Shown here piece by piece: positions 22,004 to 31,036 of a DNA stretch of 64,000 nt. The translations under genes were made by a program, and so were the position numbers. Position 1 is the first letter of the stretch; each line of letters opens with the position of its first letter. The DNA is from Flavobacteriales bacterium (GTDB lineage Bacteria > Bacteroidota > Bacteroidia > Flavobacteriales > JANQLC01), in NCBI GenBank assembly GCA_028280815.1, contig JANQLC010000007.1, positions 81,574 to 145,573 on the forward strand, written 5' to 3'. Under the pieces are notes generated by a model. The model was not told where the DNA came from. It did no database searches and saw nothing but the letters and a program-made list of their open reading frames with translations.

Positions 22004-22435
22004 CTATCGCAATTGGATGCCATATCGATAACGGATAAACTGGAAGTAGTTGTAGAGCTTGTAGTTTAACTTTAGACCGTATTCTATATCCGGGCGGTAG
22101 TCGATATAGGTGCTGTAGAAATCCGGGTCGTAGTGCATGGGGTCCTCGTGTCGCCGATTCCATTCGGCCACATAGAATAGGTTTTGCGTTTTGTAAAAGC
22201 TGTTGCTGTGATACCAATCGGGACGGGCGATGGACTTGAGATAGGTTTCATAACTCGGGTCTAAGACGATTAAGTCGTAGCGGTTCCCATCGCTTTTCAC
22301 CAGCTGTAGGGTATCGCTTTTCACCGGTTTTTCAGGTATTTTGACGGCTGCCTGACTTTTGGAAATCGCGTGTATCGTATGGCAGGCGTGGGTCAGCAAG
22401 GCGCTGAGGCTTAGTATGAGAATCACCTTTTTCAT
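22004..22435 (-). CDS. secreted/lipoprotein of unknown function (resembles DUF6146-type Bacteroidota proteins)
   Basis: A signal peptide ([18 protein letters not shown]) followed by [14 protein letters not shown]...YVAEWNRR...YNYFQF, recalled as a conserved Bacteroidota family. Confidence 0.65.
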   Translation of the reverse strand: MKKVILILSLSALLTHACHTIHAISKSQAAVKIPEKPVKSDTLQLVKSDGNRYDLIVLDPSYETYLKSIARPDWYHSNSFYKTQNLFYVAEWNRRHEDPMHYDPDFYSTYIDYRPDIEYGLKLNYKLYNYFQFIRYRYGIQLR

Positions 22436-22678
22436 CGGCTTGGGCTTTTTCTAAAAGGTGTAAAAAGCGTGCCAAAATCGAGTACTAAGTTATCAAAAAT
22501 ATCCGTTGCGCGCTGTGCGCTTTCCCATTTGCGCTTTCCACCGCTTTTCTCGGCTCGGGTACTCGGCGCTGGGCTCGGGTAATTTTTATTGCTATGCTGT
22601 GTTCAGGCATACCGATGAGCATAGGGCTCGTTTGTACCTTTGGGTGGCACTTTTGGTTTTAACCCTTAGCTTTGTGGG

Positions 22679-23164
22679 ATGCATACATTTCCAGATCCCG
22701 AAGCGCTCGACAGCGTAGCTGCCTTTCACGACTTGTTCGATTTGCCGGTATTGGAAGAGCCGCACCTGCCCAATGCGGCGCGCACCGCGCTTCGGATCAC
22801 CCTCTTACAGGAGGAATTGGACGAGCTCAAAGAAGCGGTTGCCAACCGGGATTTGGTGGCCGTAGCGGACGCTTTGGCCGATTTGCAATACGTGTTGAGC
22901 GGTGCTGTCCTGGAGTTTGGCCTGGGTAAAAAGTTTAAAGCCCTATTTGACGAGGTGCAGCGTTCCAATATGAGTAAGGCGCCGAAAACCCGGGCGGAAG
23001 CCGAGGCTACCCGCCGCCACTACGAGCGGAAAGAGCGGGTTGAAGCCGAGATCGTCCCACGCGATCCCCATTTTCTGGTCTATCGAAAATCGGATAAAAA
23101 AGTGCTGAAATCCATACACTACAGCCCGGCGGACTTGAAGCCCATCTTAGCGCGATCCGACTGA
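22679..23164 (+). CDS. MazG-like nucleoside triphosphate pyrophosphohydrolase family protein
   Basis: An all-alpha MazG-like core: LLQEELDELKEAV...VAVADALADLQYVLSGAVLEFG...EVQRSNMSK. Confidence 0.7.
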   Translation: MHTFPDPEALDSVAAFHDLFDLPVLEEPHLPNAARTALRITLLQEELDELKEAVANRDLVAVADALADLQYVLSGAVLEFGLGKKFKALFDEVQRSNMSKAPKTRAEAEATRRHYERKERVEAEIVPRDPHFLVYRKSDKKVLKSIHYSPADLKPILARSD

Positions 23165-23232
23165 GCGCTGCAAAATTCTGAAACGAACCTAAGGGAACCC
23201 CGTTGGCTATCTGATTGAAAGGAGGTCGGGGA

Positions 23233-23651
23233 TCAGCTCTCGGAAAGGGTGGTGGTGTGATCCCGTAACTCCTCACCGAGATGGGTTGTGTTTAAAGTGG
23301 GCAAATTAACAGGCGGAAAGCCCGATAGGTTGGTCAATGTGGAAATATAGGCTCTGATATAGGGAAACAGCAGGGCAGGAGCGTTCACATAAAAAAATGT
23401 ATCCAATTCGTCAAGCGCCGTTTTCTTTTTGAAGCTATAATCAGCTGTTGCGTCAATCTCAATGTGAAATGATCCGTTCTCAGCTTCAATCTCTACGCCT
23501 AAGGACAATTGAAACCTACCCTTTTCTTATCTATTACACCTTTGGGAGAAAAGGCTATGGACAGCTCTTTAGGCAGCTCACCTCTCTTAGGGCACTCGAT
23601 TAATGAACGGGTGATGGTATAGCCTTTAAATTGAGATTTTGAATGTTCCAT
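23233..23651 (-). pseudogene. SecB-like chaperone, interrupted by a single-base frameshift
   Basis: The C-terminal ORF carries the SecB signature NAPALLFPYIRAYISTLTNLSGFPPVNLPTLN. The N-terminal part starts at ATG 23651 (MEHSKSQFKGYTITRS...) and runs into a TAG, while the downstream frame opens in the overlap around 23505-23530. The total of 419 nt is one base short of 140 codons. Confidence 0.7.
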
Positions 23652-23656
23652 ATTGC

Positions 23657-24046
23657 TCAAGCGGCCAGTGCATGGACTTCATCGTGCCGTGGGGTCATGG
23701 CTTTAGCATAAGCACTCAGAAATTTGAATTCGGGAATGGGCTTATCAAGGTGAATTTTCTCCCTATACCCCAACTCGTACCCCAACTTGAGGTCGGCATG
23801 TTCTATCTCGGTTAAGGAGTCCTCCGAAATAAATAGGATATCTTCCTGTAGAAACAAGGATTCAAATTCGTCCCATATTTTTTTCTCTTCCAGTATATAA
23901 TCTTCATCGTTTTCAAAAAAACTCAAAGCAATCACTTCGATTGTATGTCTACCAGTACAGAACCGATATTCATATCGAATTCGGATTTGTGGAAACTTTG
24001 CATGTAGCGCCTTCAATTCTTTCGTTACAAATTCGCTCGCTGTCAC
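23657..24046 (-). CDS. hypothetical acidic protein (129 aa), middle gene of the HEPN/SecB-like operon
   Basis: GTG start with a 4-bp GTGA overlap on the upstream stop; its own stop lies 5 nt before the SecB-like ATG. I recognise no domain. Confidence 0.6.
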   Translation of the reverse strand: MTASEFVTKELKALHAKFPQIRIRYEYRFCTGRHTIEVIALSFFENDEDYILEEKKIWDEFESLFLQEDILFISEDSLTEIEHADLKLGYELGYREKIHLDKPIPEFKFLSAYAKAMTPRHDEVHALAA

Positions 24047-24336
24047 AACTCGAATGTTTGGGTTAGATACCTTTTAATCTCTCTCGCTTTGCGCAAAGCG
24101 GTCTCGCCCTTTTCTATATTGATTTCTATATCGCGGTAGTCCGATTCTATCCTATGTTTTTTTAAATCATCAACCTTTCTACGAAAAAGCTCACTTTCTT
24201 TAGGGCCGAATAATTTTTCTAATTGGCGGACAATGTGATCCCTGACATATAGATGAGTTCCTCCCTTAACAGATTTGCTTTCCGTGTCTTGTTTTTTATA
24301 GCTTATACATAAGACGCTTTTTAGGGTATATTTCAT
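24043..24336 (-). CDS. HEPN-like domain protein (97 aa)
   Basis: KKHRIESDYRDIEI followed by the helix GETALRKAREIKRYL resembles the R..(A/S)DY region and last helix of PF05168-type HEPN domains (from memory, not searched). Confidence 0.5.
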   Translation of the reverse strand: MKYTLKSVLCISYKKQDTESKSVKGGTHLYVRDHIVRQLEKLFGPKESELFRRKVDDLKKHRIESDYRDIEINIEKGETALRKAREIKRYLTQTFEL

Positions 24337-24506
24337 CAGTTGAAAACAGCTGTAATAAGAACAGTGCGCAGCAGGGGCATACAGGGATGCGCTAATCAGT
24401 CAGTTCGGCAGCTTCTTCATTCAGCTTGGATTTTTCTCTAAGCCTGCTCATGGATACCGGGGCAAGGGTACGTTTTTTTGAATATGCGTCGGTTTCGCCG
24501 GTGTCC

Positions 24507-25895
24507 TTAGATGTGTATGGCTTCGCCATAGGCATGGGCTGTCGCTTCCATAAGGGCTTCGGAGAGGGTGGGATGGGGGTGTACCGCTTTGAGGATTTCA
24601 CGCCCGGTCGTCTCCAGCTTTCGGGCGGCCACCGCCTCGGCGATCAGTTCGGTCACCCCTTCTCCAATCATGTGGCAACCCAGCCACTCGCCGTATTTCT
24701 TATCGTAGATCACCTTTACGAAGCCTTCGGTAGCCCCATTGGCTGTGGCTTTTCCCGATGCGGAGAACGGGAATTTCCCCACGTTTATGTCGTAGCCCTT
24801 GGTACGGGCTTGGTCTTCGGTAAGCCCGACAGAAGCGATCTGGGGCGAGCAATACGTACAAGCGGGTAGGTTGTCGTAATCCAATGGCGCTGGATTTTTT
24901 CCCGCTATCTTTTCTACACATAGGATGCCTTCGGCGGAAGCGACGTGTGCCAAAGCCGGGCCGGGTATCACATCGCCAATGGCATAGTAGCCCGCTGCGG
25001 TTGTCTCGTAAAAGTCGTTTACGACAATTTTGTCCCCTCGGGTTTGGATGCCCAAATCTTTTAGACCTATATTTTCTATATTGGATTGAAAGCCGACAGC
25101 CGACAGCACGATATCGGATTCCAATTCCCTTTCGCCTTTGGGGGTTTTTAGCTCAGCTTTGACCTGGCTCCCTCGGGTGTTCACCTCGGTTACCGCTGAT
25201 GTGGTCATGACGGCGATGCCTCGCTTCTTAAAACTGCGTTCCAGCTGCTCGGAAATCTCTGCATCTTCTACGGGGACCAAGCGATCTAGGTACTCGACTA
25301 AGGTAACGGCAGTGCCCATCGCGTTGTAAAAATAGGCGAATTCCACACCGAGGGCGCCGGAGCCGACTACGACCACACTTTTGGGCTGTGTCTGTAAGGC
25401 GAGTGCCTGGCGATAGCCGATTATTTTTTTGCCGTCTTGTTTTAACGCGGGGAGCTCCCGTGAGCGCGCACCGGTTGCAATGATGATGTGTTGAGCGCGA
25501 TAATCCCTCGCTTTCCCCGCCTTGTCCACTACGCTTACAACCCGGTTCTCTTTCAGCTGAGCGGTTCCCGAGAGGACTGGGATTCGGTTTTTTTTCATTA
25601 AAAACTCAATCCCTTTGCTCATCTTATCGGCTACGCGGCGACTTCTCTTGATGACTTGTCCAAAGCCCGCATCGAATTTTTCCACTTTTAGACCGTAGTC
25701 TTTAGCGTGTTGCAGATATTGAAAGACGGCGGCGCTCTTCAGCAAGGCTTTCGTGGGAATGCAACCCCAATTTAGGCAGACGCCGCCCAAGCGATCCTTT
25801 TCAACCACAGCGGTCTTGAGTCCCAGTTGGGCAGCGCGAATGGCTGCTACATATCCCCCTGGGCCGCTTCCTATTACCATGATATCGTAGTCCAT
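24507..25895 (-). CDS. lpdA: dihydrolipoyl dehydrogenase
   Basis: MDYDIMVIGSGPGGYVAA FAD motif, redox-active GGVCLNWGCIPTK, and the C-terminal HPHPTLSE dimerisation motif. The start is moved to ATG 25895. Confidence 0.95.
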   Translation of the reverse strand: MDYDIMVIGSGPGGYVAAIRAAQLGLKTAVVEKDRLGGVCLNWGCIPTKALLKSAAVFQYLQHAKDYGLKVEKFDAGFGQVIKRSRRVADKMSKGIEFLMKKNRIPVLSGTAQLKENRVVSVVDKAGKARDYRAQHIIIATGARSRELPALKQDGKKIIGYRQALALQTQPKSVVVVGSGALGVEFAYFYNAMGTAVTLVEYLDRLVPVEDAEISEQLERSFKKRGIAVMTTSAVTEVNTRGSQVKAELKTPKGERELESDIVLSAVGFQSNIENIGLKDLGIQTRGDKIVVNDFYETTAAGYYAIGDVIPGPALAHVASAEGILCVEKIAGKNPAPLDYDNLPACTYCSPQIASVGLTEDQARTKGYDINVGKFPFSASGKATANGATEGFVKVIYDKKYGEWLGCHMIGEGVTELIAEAVAARKLETTGREILKAVHPHPTLSEALMEATAHAYGEAIHI

Positions 25896-25973
25896 CGCTC
25901 GGTTGTGTTTAGAATGTTTGTGCGAATTTAGTGAGTTGTCGGAGATATACACATATCGCAGGGCGTTAGCCCG

Positions 25974-26555
25974 CTATGAGGAAACGTGCTCCCAATTTTC
26001 GCCCTTTTTGATGCGGTAGAGTTGCATTTCCGAGATGCCGAATTGTTTGGCGATCATTTTTAAGCGGGTCTTTCGGTTGGGATCGAAGATCCTTCTCTTC
26101 AAGTACTTCACCCGGGTCTCGGTCAGCTTTTTCCCCGCATAGGGCTTGCGGTTTTTATTTTTGGCCTTTCCCAGTATGACATTGGGATTGCGCTCGTGGT
26201 GTTGAACCAATTCGTCTTTGGACACCCATTTCAAATTGGACCAGTGGTTGTTCAACTTGTTGTAATCGATATGGACTATAAATTTTTGCTCTGCTTTCGG
26301 CTTGGGTAAGAAATACTCGGCCACGAGCTGGTGCAGGTACCTGCTCTGATGCAAGAGCTTATCCCGTTTGCTTTTTAACCATACCCGATATTTGAAGACG
26401 GGGTATCCCTCGGCCAAACAGCCTTTTAAGAGCCTACCCTTTTCCAAGTTGGTCTTAAAGCTCATCAAGCGCCCAAAGTCGGAGATGGCATACCGGAATT
26501 TTAAACGGCATTCTAAGGCTACTTCTCTCCATTCTTCTCCAGGGAAGAATCGCAT
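25974..26555 (-). CDS. NUMOD4-motif HNH endonuclease with C-terminal helix-turn-helix
   Basis: GEEWREV...YAISDFGRLMS (NUMOD4), HIDYNKLNNHWSNLKW (HNH_3-type), and a C-terminal MIAKQFGISEMQLYRIKKG. The start is set at ATG 26555. Confidence 0.8.
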   Translation of the reverse strand: MRFFPGEEWREVALECRLKFRYAISDFGRLMSFKTNLEKGRLLKGCLAEGYPVFKYRVWLKSKRDKLLHQSRYLHQLVAEYFLPKPKAEQKFIVHIDYNKLNNHWSNLKWVSKDELVQHHERNPNVILGKAKNKNRKPYAGKKLTETRVKYLKRRIFDPNRKTRLKMIAKQFGISEMQLYRIKKGENWEHVSS

Positions 26556-26861
26556 TATATGTTTTTTGCAAAGGTAAAAATATCGGGCGATAGATTCACT
26601 TCGTTTAACTTGGATGGAAACCTTTGCACCTGGGCTGAAAATGACGGGATGCATTGAAATTTAGACGAGCGATAACTTCTGCGGGATTCAAAGCTGGGAA
26701 AAATGCGTGGATTTGTCAAGAAAATTTGGCTCTACGTGAAAGCTCAGAAAGGGATTTTTGCCAATCGAACAGCGAGTCCAGGATTCAATGGGCTTGGGTT
26801 TCACAGCGCTTAAAGGAATATCCAATATGGACAGCACGAGTATGAGGAGTGCTCAACCCGC

Positions 26862-27890
26862 CTAGCTGTAGGGGTGGGGCTGCTTTAAAATGCGTTTCAG
26901 TATATGAAATTTACTTTCCGTTTCTGAGCATTCCGCAGCCACTTGGCTTTCCGAGGTGATGCCGCTCCCAGCAAAATAGCGAATGCCATTGGCGTAGATT
27001 TCAGCGCAGCGCAGGTTGACGTACAATTGGGTCGTATCCGGTGTTTTTAAGCCCAAGAAGCCGGTGTAAAAACGGCGTTCATAGTTTTCGTGCTCGAGGA
27101 TAAAGGCTTTGGCTTCGCGCAGCGGCAGGCCGCAAACCGCTGGTGTGGGGTGCAAGCGCTGGGTCACAGCTTCTATTTTGTCTTTGGCGATGCGGGCGCT
27201 CAGCTGGGTTTTCAGGTGGCACAGGTGTCCGGCTCGGACCGTATGCGTCTGCCCGAGTTGTACGTTTTTAGAAAATGCCCGGAGTCTAACTGAGATGTAA
27301 TCGGTTACCAATTGCTGTTCCATGCGCTCCTTCTGATTCCAGGTGGGGGCCTGCGTATGCACCTGGGTACCGGCCAGTGCGACAGTGGTCAATACCCCTT
27401 GCGCCCAGGCGACCAAGAGCTCGGGTGTGGCGCCCAGCCAATAGCCGGTATCCGGGTGATACCAGAGGTAAACCATCGCATGGGGATAAGTGGTACAGAG
27501 CTTTTGAAAAGCTCGAAAAGGATTGATTTTCTGGGCTTGGAATGCATACCTCGAAAACACCACTTTTTTAAACCGCCTTTTCTTTTGTTGTGTGATCAGT
27601 GCGCGCAACACGGCTCGGTACGCCCCTTCATCCAATGGAGCCTCGAGCCCCTTGAAATGTCTTCGGGGTTCGGGCAGTTGCCAGTCCGCTTGAAAGTCCA
27701 CGGCTGCGGCCTTTTCATAGGAGAACTCGTATGGGGTTTGCCCCAAGAAGTCGTGAAATACAAAGCTTTTATCACCCTGGGATTGCGGTGTGATGCAGTG
27801 GGCCTGTGCCGCTCCGGGCAAGCGGTAAAAGGCGAACGGCTCGGCTGCGTTCATTTCCAGCGCGCTATTTTTCAATGGGCAGGATGACAT
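26862..27890 (-). CDS. menF: isochorismate synthase (menaquinone pathway type)
   Basis: Chorismate-binding C-terminal domain (LHPTPAVCG, RFYTGFLG, NLRCAEI, AGSGITSES). The alternative start at ATG 27854 would remove the 26-nt overlap with the upstream gene. Confidence 0.85.
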   Translation of the reverse strand: MSSCPLKNSALEMNAAEPFAFYRLPGAAQAHCITPQSQGDKSFVFHDFLGQTPYEFSYEKAAAVDFQADWQLPEPRRHFKGLEAPLDEGAYRAVLRALITQQKKRRFKKVVFSRYAFQAQKINPFRAFQKLCTTYPHAMVYLWYHPDTGYWLGATPELLVAWAQGVLTTVALAGTQVHTQAPTWNQKERMEQQLVTDYISVRLRAFSKNVQLGQTHTVRAGHLCHLKTQLSARIAKDKIEAVTQRLHPTPAVCGLPLREAKAFILEHENYERRFYTGFLGLKTPDTTQLYVNLRCAEIYANGIRYFAGSGITSESQVAAECSETESKFHILKRILKQPHPYS

Positions 27891-28287
27891 TGGTCATCTT
27901 GATTTGACTGATGCGCTTCTCCCTTTCGTCGCAAACTGTGATCTCAACCAGGTGTGTAGCTCGCCCTTTGTGAATGAAAGAAGCCTTTCCAATTGCATAG
28001 CCTGTGCGCAAGCTGCAGATGTGGTTGGCGGCAATCTCAATTCCCATGACCCGGTATCGCGTTGTATCCACGCTTATAGCAGAGAGCGAGCTGCCCAGGG
28101 TCTCGCCCAGGGCTACTGTAGCGCCGCCGTGCAACAGCCCCATGGGCTGATGTACACGGGGTGTTACCGGCATTTTGGCAATCAGATAGGTGCCGTCAAA
28201 ATGGGTGTATGCGATGGATAGGGTATTCAGTAAGCCGTACTTTTGGGCTCGTTTCAGCTTTTTTAAGATCGCTCTGTCACTTGCCAC
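27865..28287 (-). CDS. PaaI/hotdog-fold thioesterase (probable 1,4-dihydroxy-2-naphthoyl-CoA hydrolase)
   Basis: HQPMGLLHGGATVALGETLGS motif of PaaI-type thioesterases, directly upstream of menF. Confidence 0.8.
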   Translation of the reverse strand: MASDRAILKKLKRAQKYGLLNTLSIAYTHFDGTYLIAKMPVTPRVHQPMGLLHGGATVALGETLGSSLSAISVDTTRYRVMGIEIAANHICSLRTGYAIGKASFIHKGRATHLVEITVCDEREKRISQIKMTNVILPIEK

Positions 28288-28358
28288 CTTGCCTTTTTCT
28301 CCGCTGCTAAGTTATGAAAGGGTGAGAATTTCTTACCTTTGCCATACAAAAGCGCTGA

Positions 28359-28934
28359 ATGATGCTCACCAAATACAGCAAGTTAGCCGTCGCCTTTATC
28401 TCGATCGCAGTATCGGCTTATCTATTTGTCGACCGACAAACGGGAAATGCGATAACCGTCCTTTTGATCGCGCTGCTCATCTCGTTTTTTTACTTTAGAA
28501 ACGAGTTTATCCTGATCGCATTTTTTAAGCTGCGCAGGCAAGACATGAAAGCCGCAAAAAAGTGGTTGAACCGGATCAAACACCCCAAGGCTGTGCTGAT
28601 CAAAAGCCAACGGGCTTATTATTACTTTTTAAATGGGATTGTCGAATCGCAGCACAACCTGACCCAATCGGAGAATTTCTTTAGAAAGGCTTTACAGACC
28701 GGTCTCTTTATGGATCACGACAAGGCCATGGCCAAGTTGAACTTGGCTGGGGCTGCTATGGCCAAGGGGCGAAGGCGCGAAGCGCAATGGCTGTTGAAAG
28801 AAGCCCAGCAACTCGATAAGCGGGGACTGTTGACCGAACAGATCAAAGTGGTAAAAGCACAGTTTAAAAAAGCCCATGTGGGCAGAAATCCGAACGCCAT
28901 GCGGATGCAGCGAAATCGGGGCAGGGGTTTTTAA
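28359..28934 (+). CDS. hypothetical membrane protein with TPR-like C-terminal region
   Basis: Two N-terminal TM helices, then helical-repeat-like sequence and a basic tail. No family recognised. Confidence 0.55.
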   Translation: MMLTKYSKLAVAFISIAVSAYLFVDRQTGNAITVLLIALLISFFYFRNEFILIAFFKLRRQDMKAAKKWLNRIKHPKAVLIKSQRAYYYFLNGIVESQHNLTQSENFFRKALQTGLFMDHDKAMAKLNLAGAAMAKGRRREAQWLLKEAQQLDKRGLLTEQIKVVKAQFKKAHVGRNPNAMRMQRNRGRGF

Positions 28935-28983
28935 ATGGTGCTTTTGTGTAGCCACTGGCTTCCAGGCTTTCTGCAACTGTTCT

Positions 28984-28992
28984 GGGGGGGGG
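28984..28992 (+). repeat. poly-G homopolymer tract (9 G) in a 486-bp non-coding region
   Basis: Read directly: CT GGGGGGGGG TCCGAG. Confidence 0.9.
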
Positions 28993-29420
28993 TCCGAGTT
29001 GCTTTAATCCCCCTCAAATCCTTACACCCGCAAGGCAAAACAGTTCTATGGGTAGCTGTCTTTGCCCACCCGTGTTGGGGTAACCTGGATGTCTAATTTA
29101 TTTTTCTTTGTCTGTTCCAAGTCGTAAGCGCTTTGACTACAAAGCCTTTGGATTGACCGATGTCGTCTGTAAAGCTAGGTGCCAGCTCGGCGTCCAGCCC
29201 AATCCGTCGTAGGCACTGCCGTTCTCACACCTCAGTTTCCAATATCTATGCGTGCGCTGCCGTTATGTCTTGGGTTTGAATGCATCGGCCTTTTTCCCCA
29301 AGTCTCGGTCGGGTATGTCTGCGTGCTCGGGTAAGATGAGTCGGTGGCTTTATCGGCTATATTTTTTATATTTATTCACAGATACGGCTGTCATGCGGTT
29401 TTAATGTAGCGATAGAATTC

Positions 29421-30959
29421 ATGCTGGTAAAGGTTTATGGCGGTTTGGTCTTTGGCATAGAAGCCCTACCGGTAACTGTCGAAGTCAATATAGATAAGGG
29501 TGTTGGCTATTTCCTCGTGGGGCTGCCGGACAACGCCATTAAGGAGAGCTGTCACCGCATTCAAGCGGCTTTGGTCAATCTCGGCTATCGATTTCCCAAG
29601 CGTCAGATCACCATCAATATGGCACCGGCGGGTGTGCGAAAAGAGGGATCTGCCTACGATCTCACCTTGGCCATTGGCATTTTGGCTGCCTCGGGACAGA
29701 TTCCCCACGCTGAGATCGGGGACTACTTCATCATGGGAGAGCTCTCTTTGGATGGGGGTTTACAACCGATTAAAGGCGCATTACCCTTGGCCATCCAGGC
29801 TCGAAAAGCGGGATTCAAAGGCTTTATTTTACCCAAGCAAAACGCGCGCGAAGCGGCTTTAGTAGATGCGTTAGCGGTCTATGGTATCGAAAATCTGTCG
29901 GCTGCCATCGATTTTTTCAAAGGCAAAGAGAGGCCCCAGCCGTTTCTCGTAGATACGCGGGCGGCGTTTTACGCGCGGCGAGACGAGCGTGAATTAGATT
30001 TTTCAGACGTCCGGGGTCAAGAGAACGTCAAGCGGTGTATGGAAATCGCTGCGGCGGGCGGGCACAACGTTATTTTGATCGGCCCGCCGGGTGCCGGAAA
30101 GACCATGTTGGCCAAGCGTTTGCCGTCCATCCTGCCGCCTATGGGCTTGCGAGAAGCGCTGGAGACGACCAAGATTCACAGCGTTTGCGGCCGGTTGAAA
30201 GAAAGCGGTGGTTTGTTGACGAATCGACCCTTTCGCTCCCCCCATCACACCATTTCCGATGTCGCCTTGGTAGGGGGTGGCACCTATCCACAACCGGGCG
30301 AGATTTCCTTAGCCCATAACGGGGTTTTGTTTCTCGATGAATTGCCCGAGTTCAAGCGAAGCGTCTTGGAAGTGATGCGCCAACCCTTGGAAGACCGAGA
30401 GGTGACGATTTCCCGATCCAAGTTCACCGTCACCTATCCCGCCAGCTTTATGTTGGTCGCTTCGATGAATCCCAGTCCTTCGGGCTATTTCAATGATGCA
30501 GCAGCACCGCGGACTTGCTCACCAGAAGAGATGCGGCGTTACCTGAGTAAGATATCGGGCCCCTTGTTAGATCGAATCGACATTCATATCGAGGTGACGC
30601 CGGTTCGCTTTGAGCGACTCAGCGGCGATCGCAGAGGCGAACCCAGTGCCGTCATCCGCCAGCGGGTGGTCTCCGCCCGAAAAACGCAGTGGAATCGGTT
30701 TGCGACTCGTGAAAATCAGCACTACAATGCGCAGATGCAGCGCAAGCAAATCGAAAGGTTTTGCAGCTTGGATCCGGCCGGTTTAGACTTGTTAAAAACC
30801 GCTATGCAACGCTTGGCGCTCTCGGCCCGTGCTTACGACAGAATACTGAAAGTGTCCCGCACCATAGCCGATTTAGCGGGTGCCGAACGCATACAAGCCC
30901 ATCACATCTCAGAAGCCATACAGTATCGCAGCTTAGATCGGGAAGGCTGGTTGCACTGA
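29421..30959 (+). CDS. comM: YifB/ComM family Mg-chelatase-like AAA+ ATPase
   Basis: An N-terminal Lon-protease-like domain, Walker A GPPGAGKT, GVLFLDELPEF, and the C-terminal ARAYDRILKVSRTIADL. Confidence 0.95.
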   Translation: MLVKVYGGLVFGIEALPVTVEVNIDKGVGYFLVGLPDNAIKESCHRIQAALVNLGYRFPKRQITINMAPAGVRKEGSAYDLTLAIGILAASGQIPHAEIGDYFIMGELSLDGGLQPIKGALPLAIQARKAGFKGFILPKQNAREAALVDALAVYGIENLSAAIDFFKGKERPQPFLVDTRAAFYARRDERELDFSDVRGQENVKRCMEIAAAGGHNVILIGPPGAGKTMLAKRLPSILPPMGLREALETTKIHSVCGRLKESGGLLTNRPFRSPHHTISDVALVGGGTYPQPGEISLAHNGVLFLDELPEFKRSVLEVMRQPLEDREVTISRSKFTVTYPASFMLVASMNPSPSGYFNDAAAPRTCSPEEMRRYLSKISGPLLDRIDIHIEVTPVRFERLSGDRRGEPSAVIRQRVVSARKTQWNRFATRENQHYNAQMQRKQIERFCSLDPAGLDLLKTAMQRLALSARAYDRILKVSRTIADLAGAERIQAHHISEAIQYRSLDREGWLH

Positions 30960-31036
30960 TTGATTACCTTTGTAAAATATTTGGGCGGGCGAAAACGAGC
31001 GCTTGTAAAGTTTTGACGGCTATCGCACAGCCTGGG

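Noticed and set aside
20853-22217. 454-aa ORF-track version of prfB, and a possible programmed +1 frameshift.
   Set aside because: The N-terminal 91 residues are not RF2-like and overlap the real gene at 22004-22435. RF2 starts at ATG 21941. The region equivalent to the E. coli CUU UGA C site is read continuously ([12 protein letters not shown]), so no recoding site is present. This is consistent with the weak Shine-Dalgarno usage of Bacteroidota.
22440-24400. A prophage or integrative island around the MazG-like and HEPN/SecB-like genes.
   Set aside because: The window shows no integrase, transposase, att-like direct repeats or phage structural genes here. Only the small operon itself looks foreign, and it is treated as a stand-alone module.
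30761-31036. N-terminal extension of the DUF4153-like ORF (ORF-track start 30761).
   Set aside because: It overlaps the 3' end of comM in another frame, and the translation is Arg/Ser/His-rich noise. The first TM-compatible start is ATG 31037.
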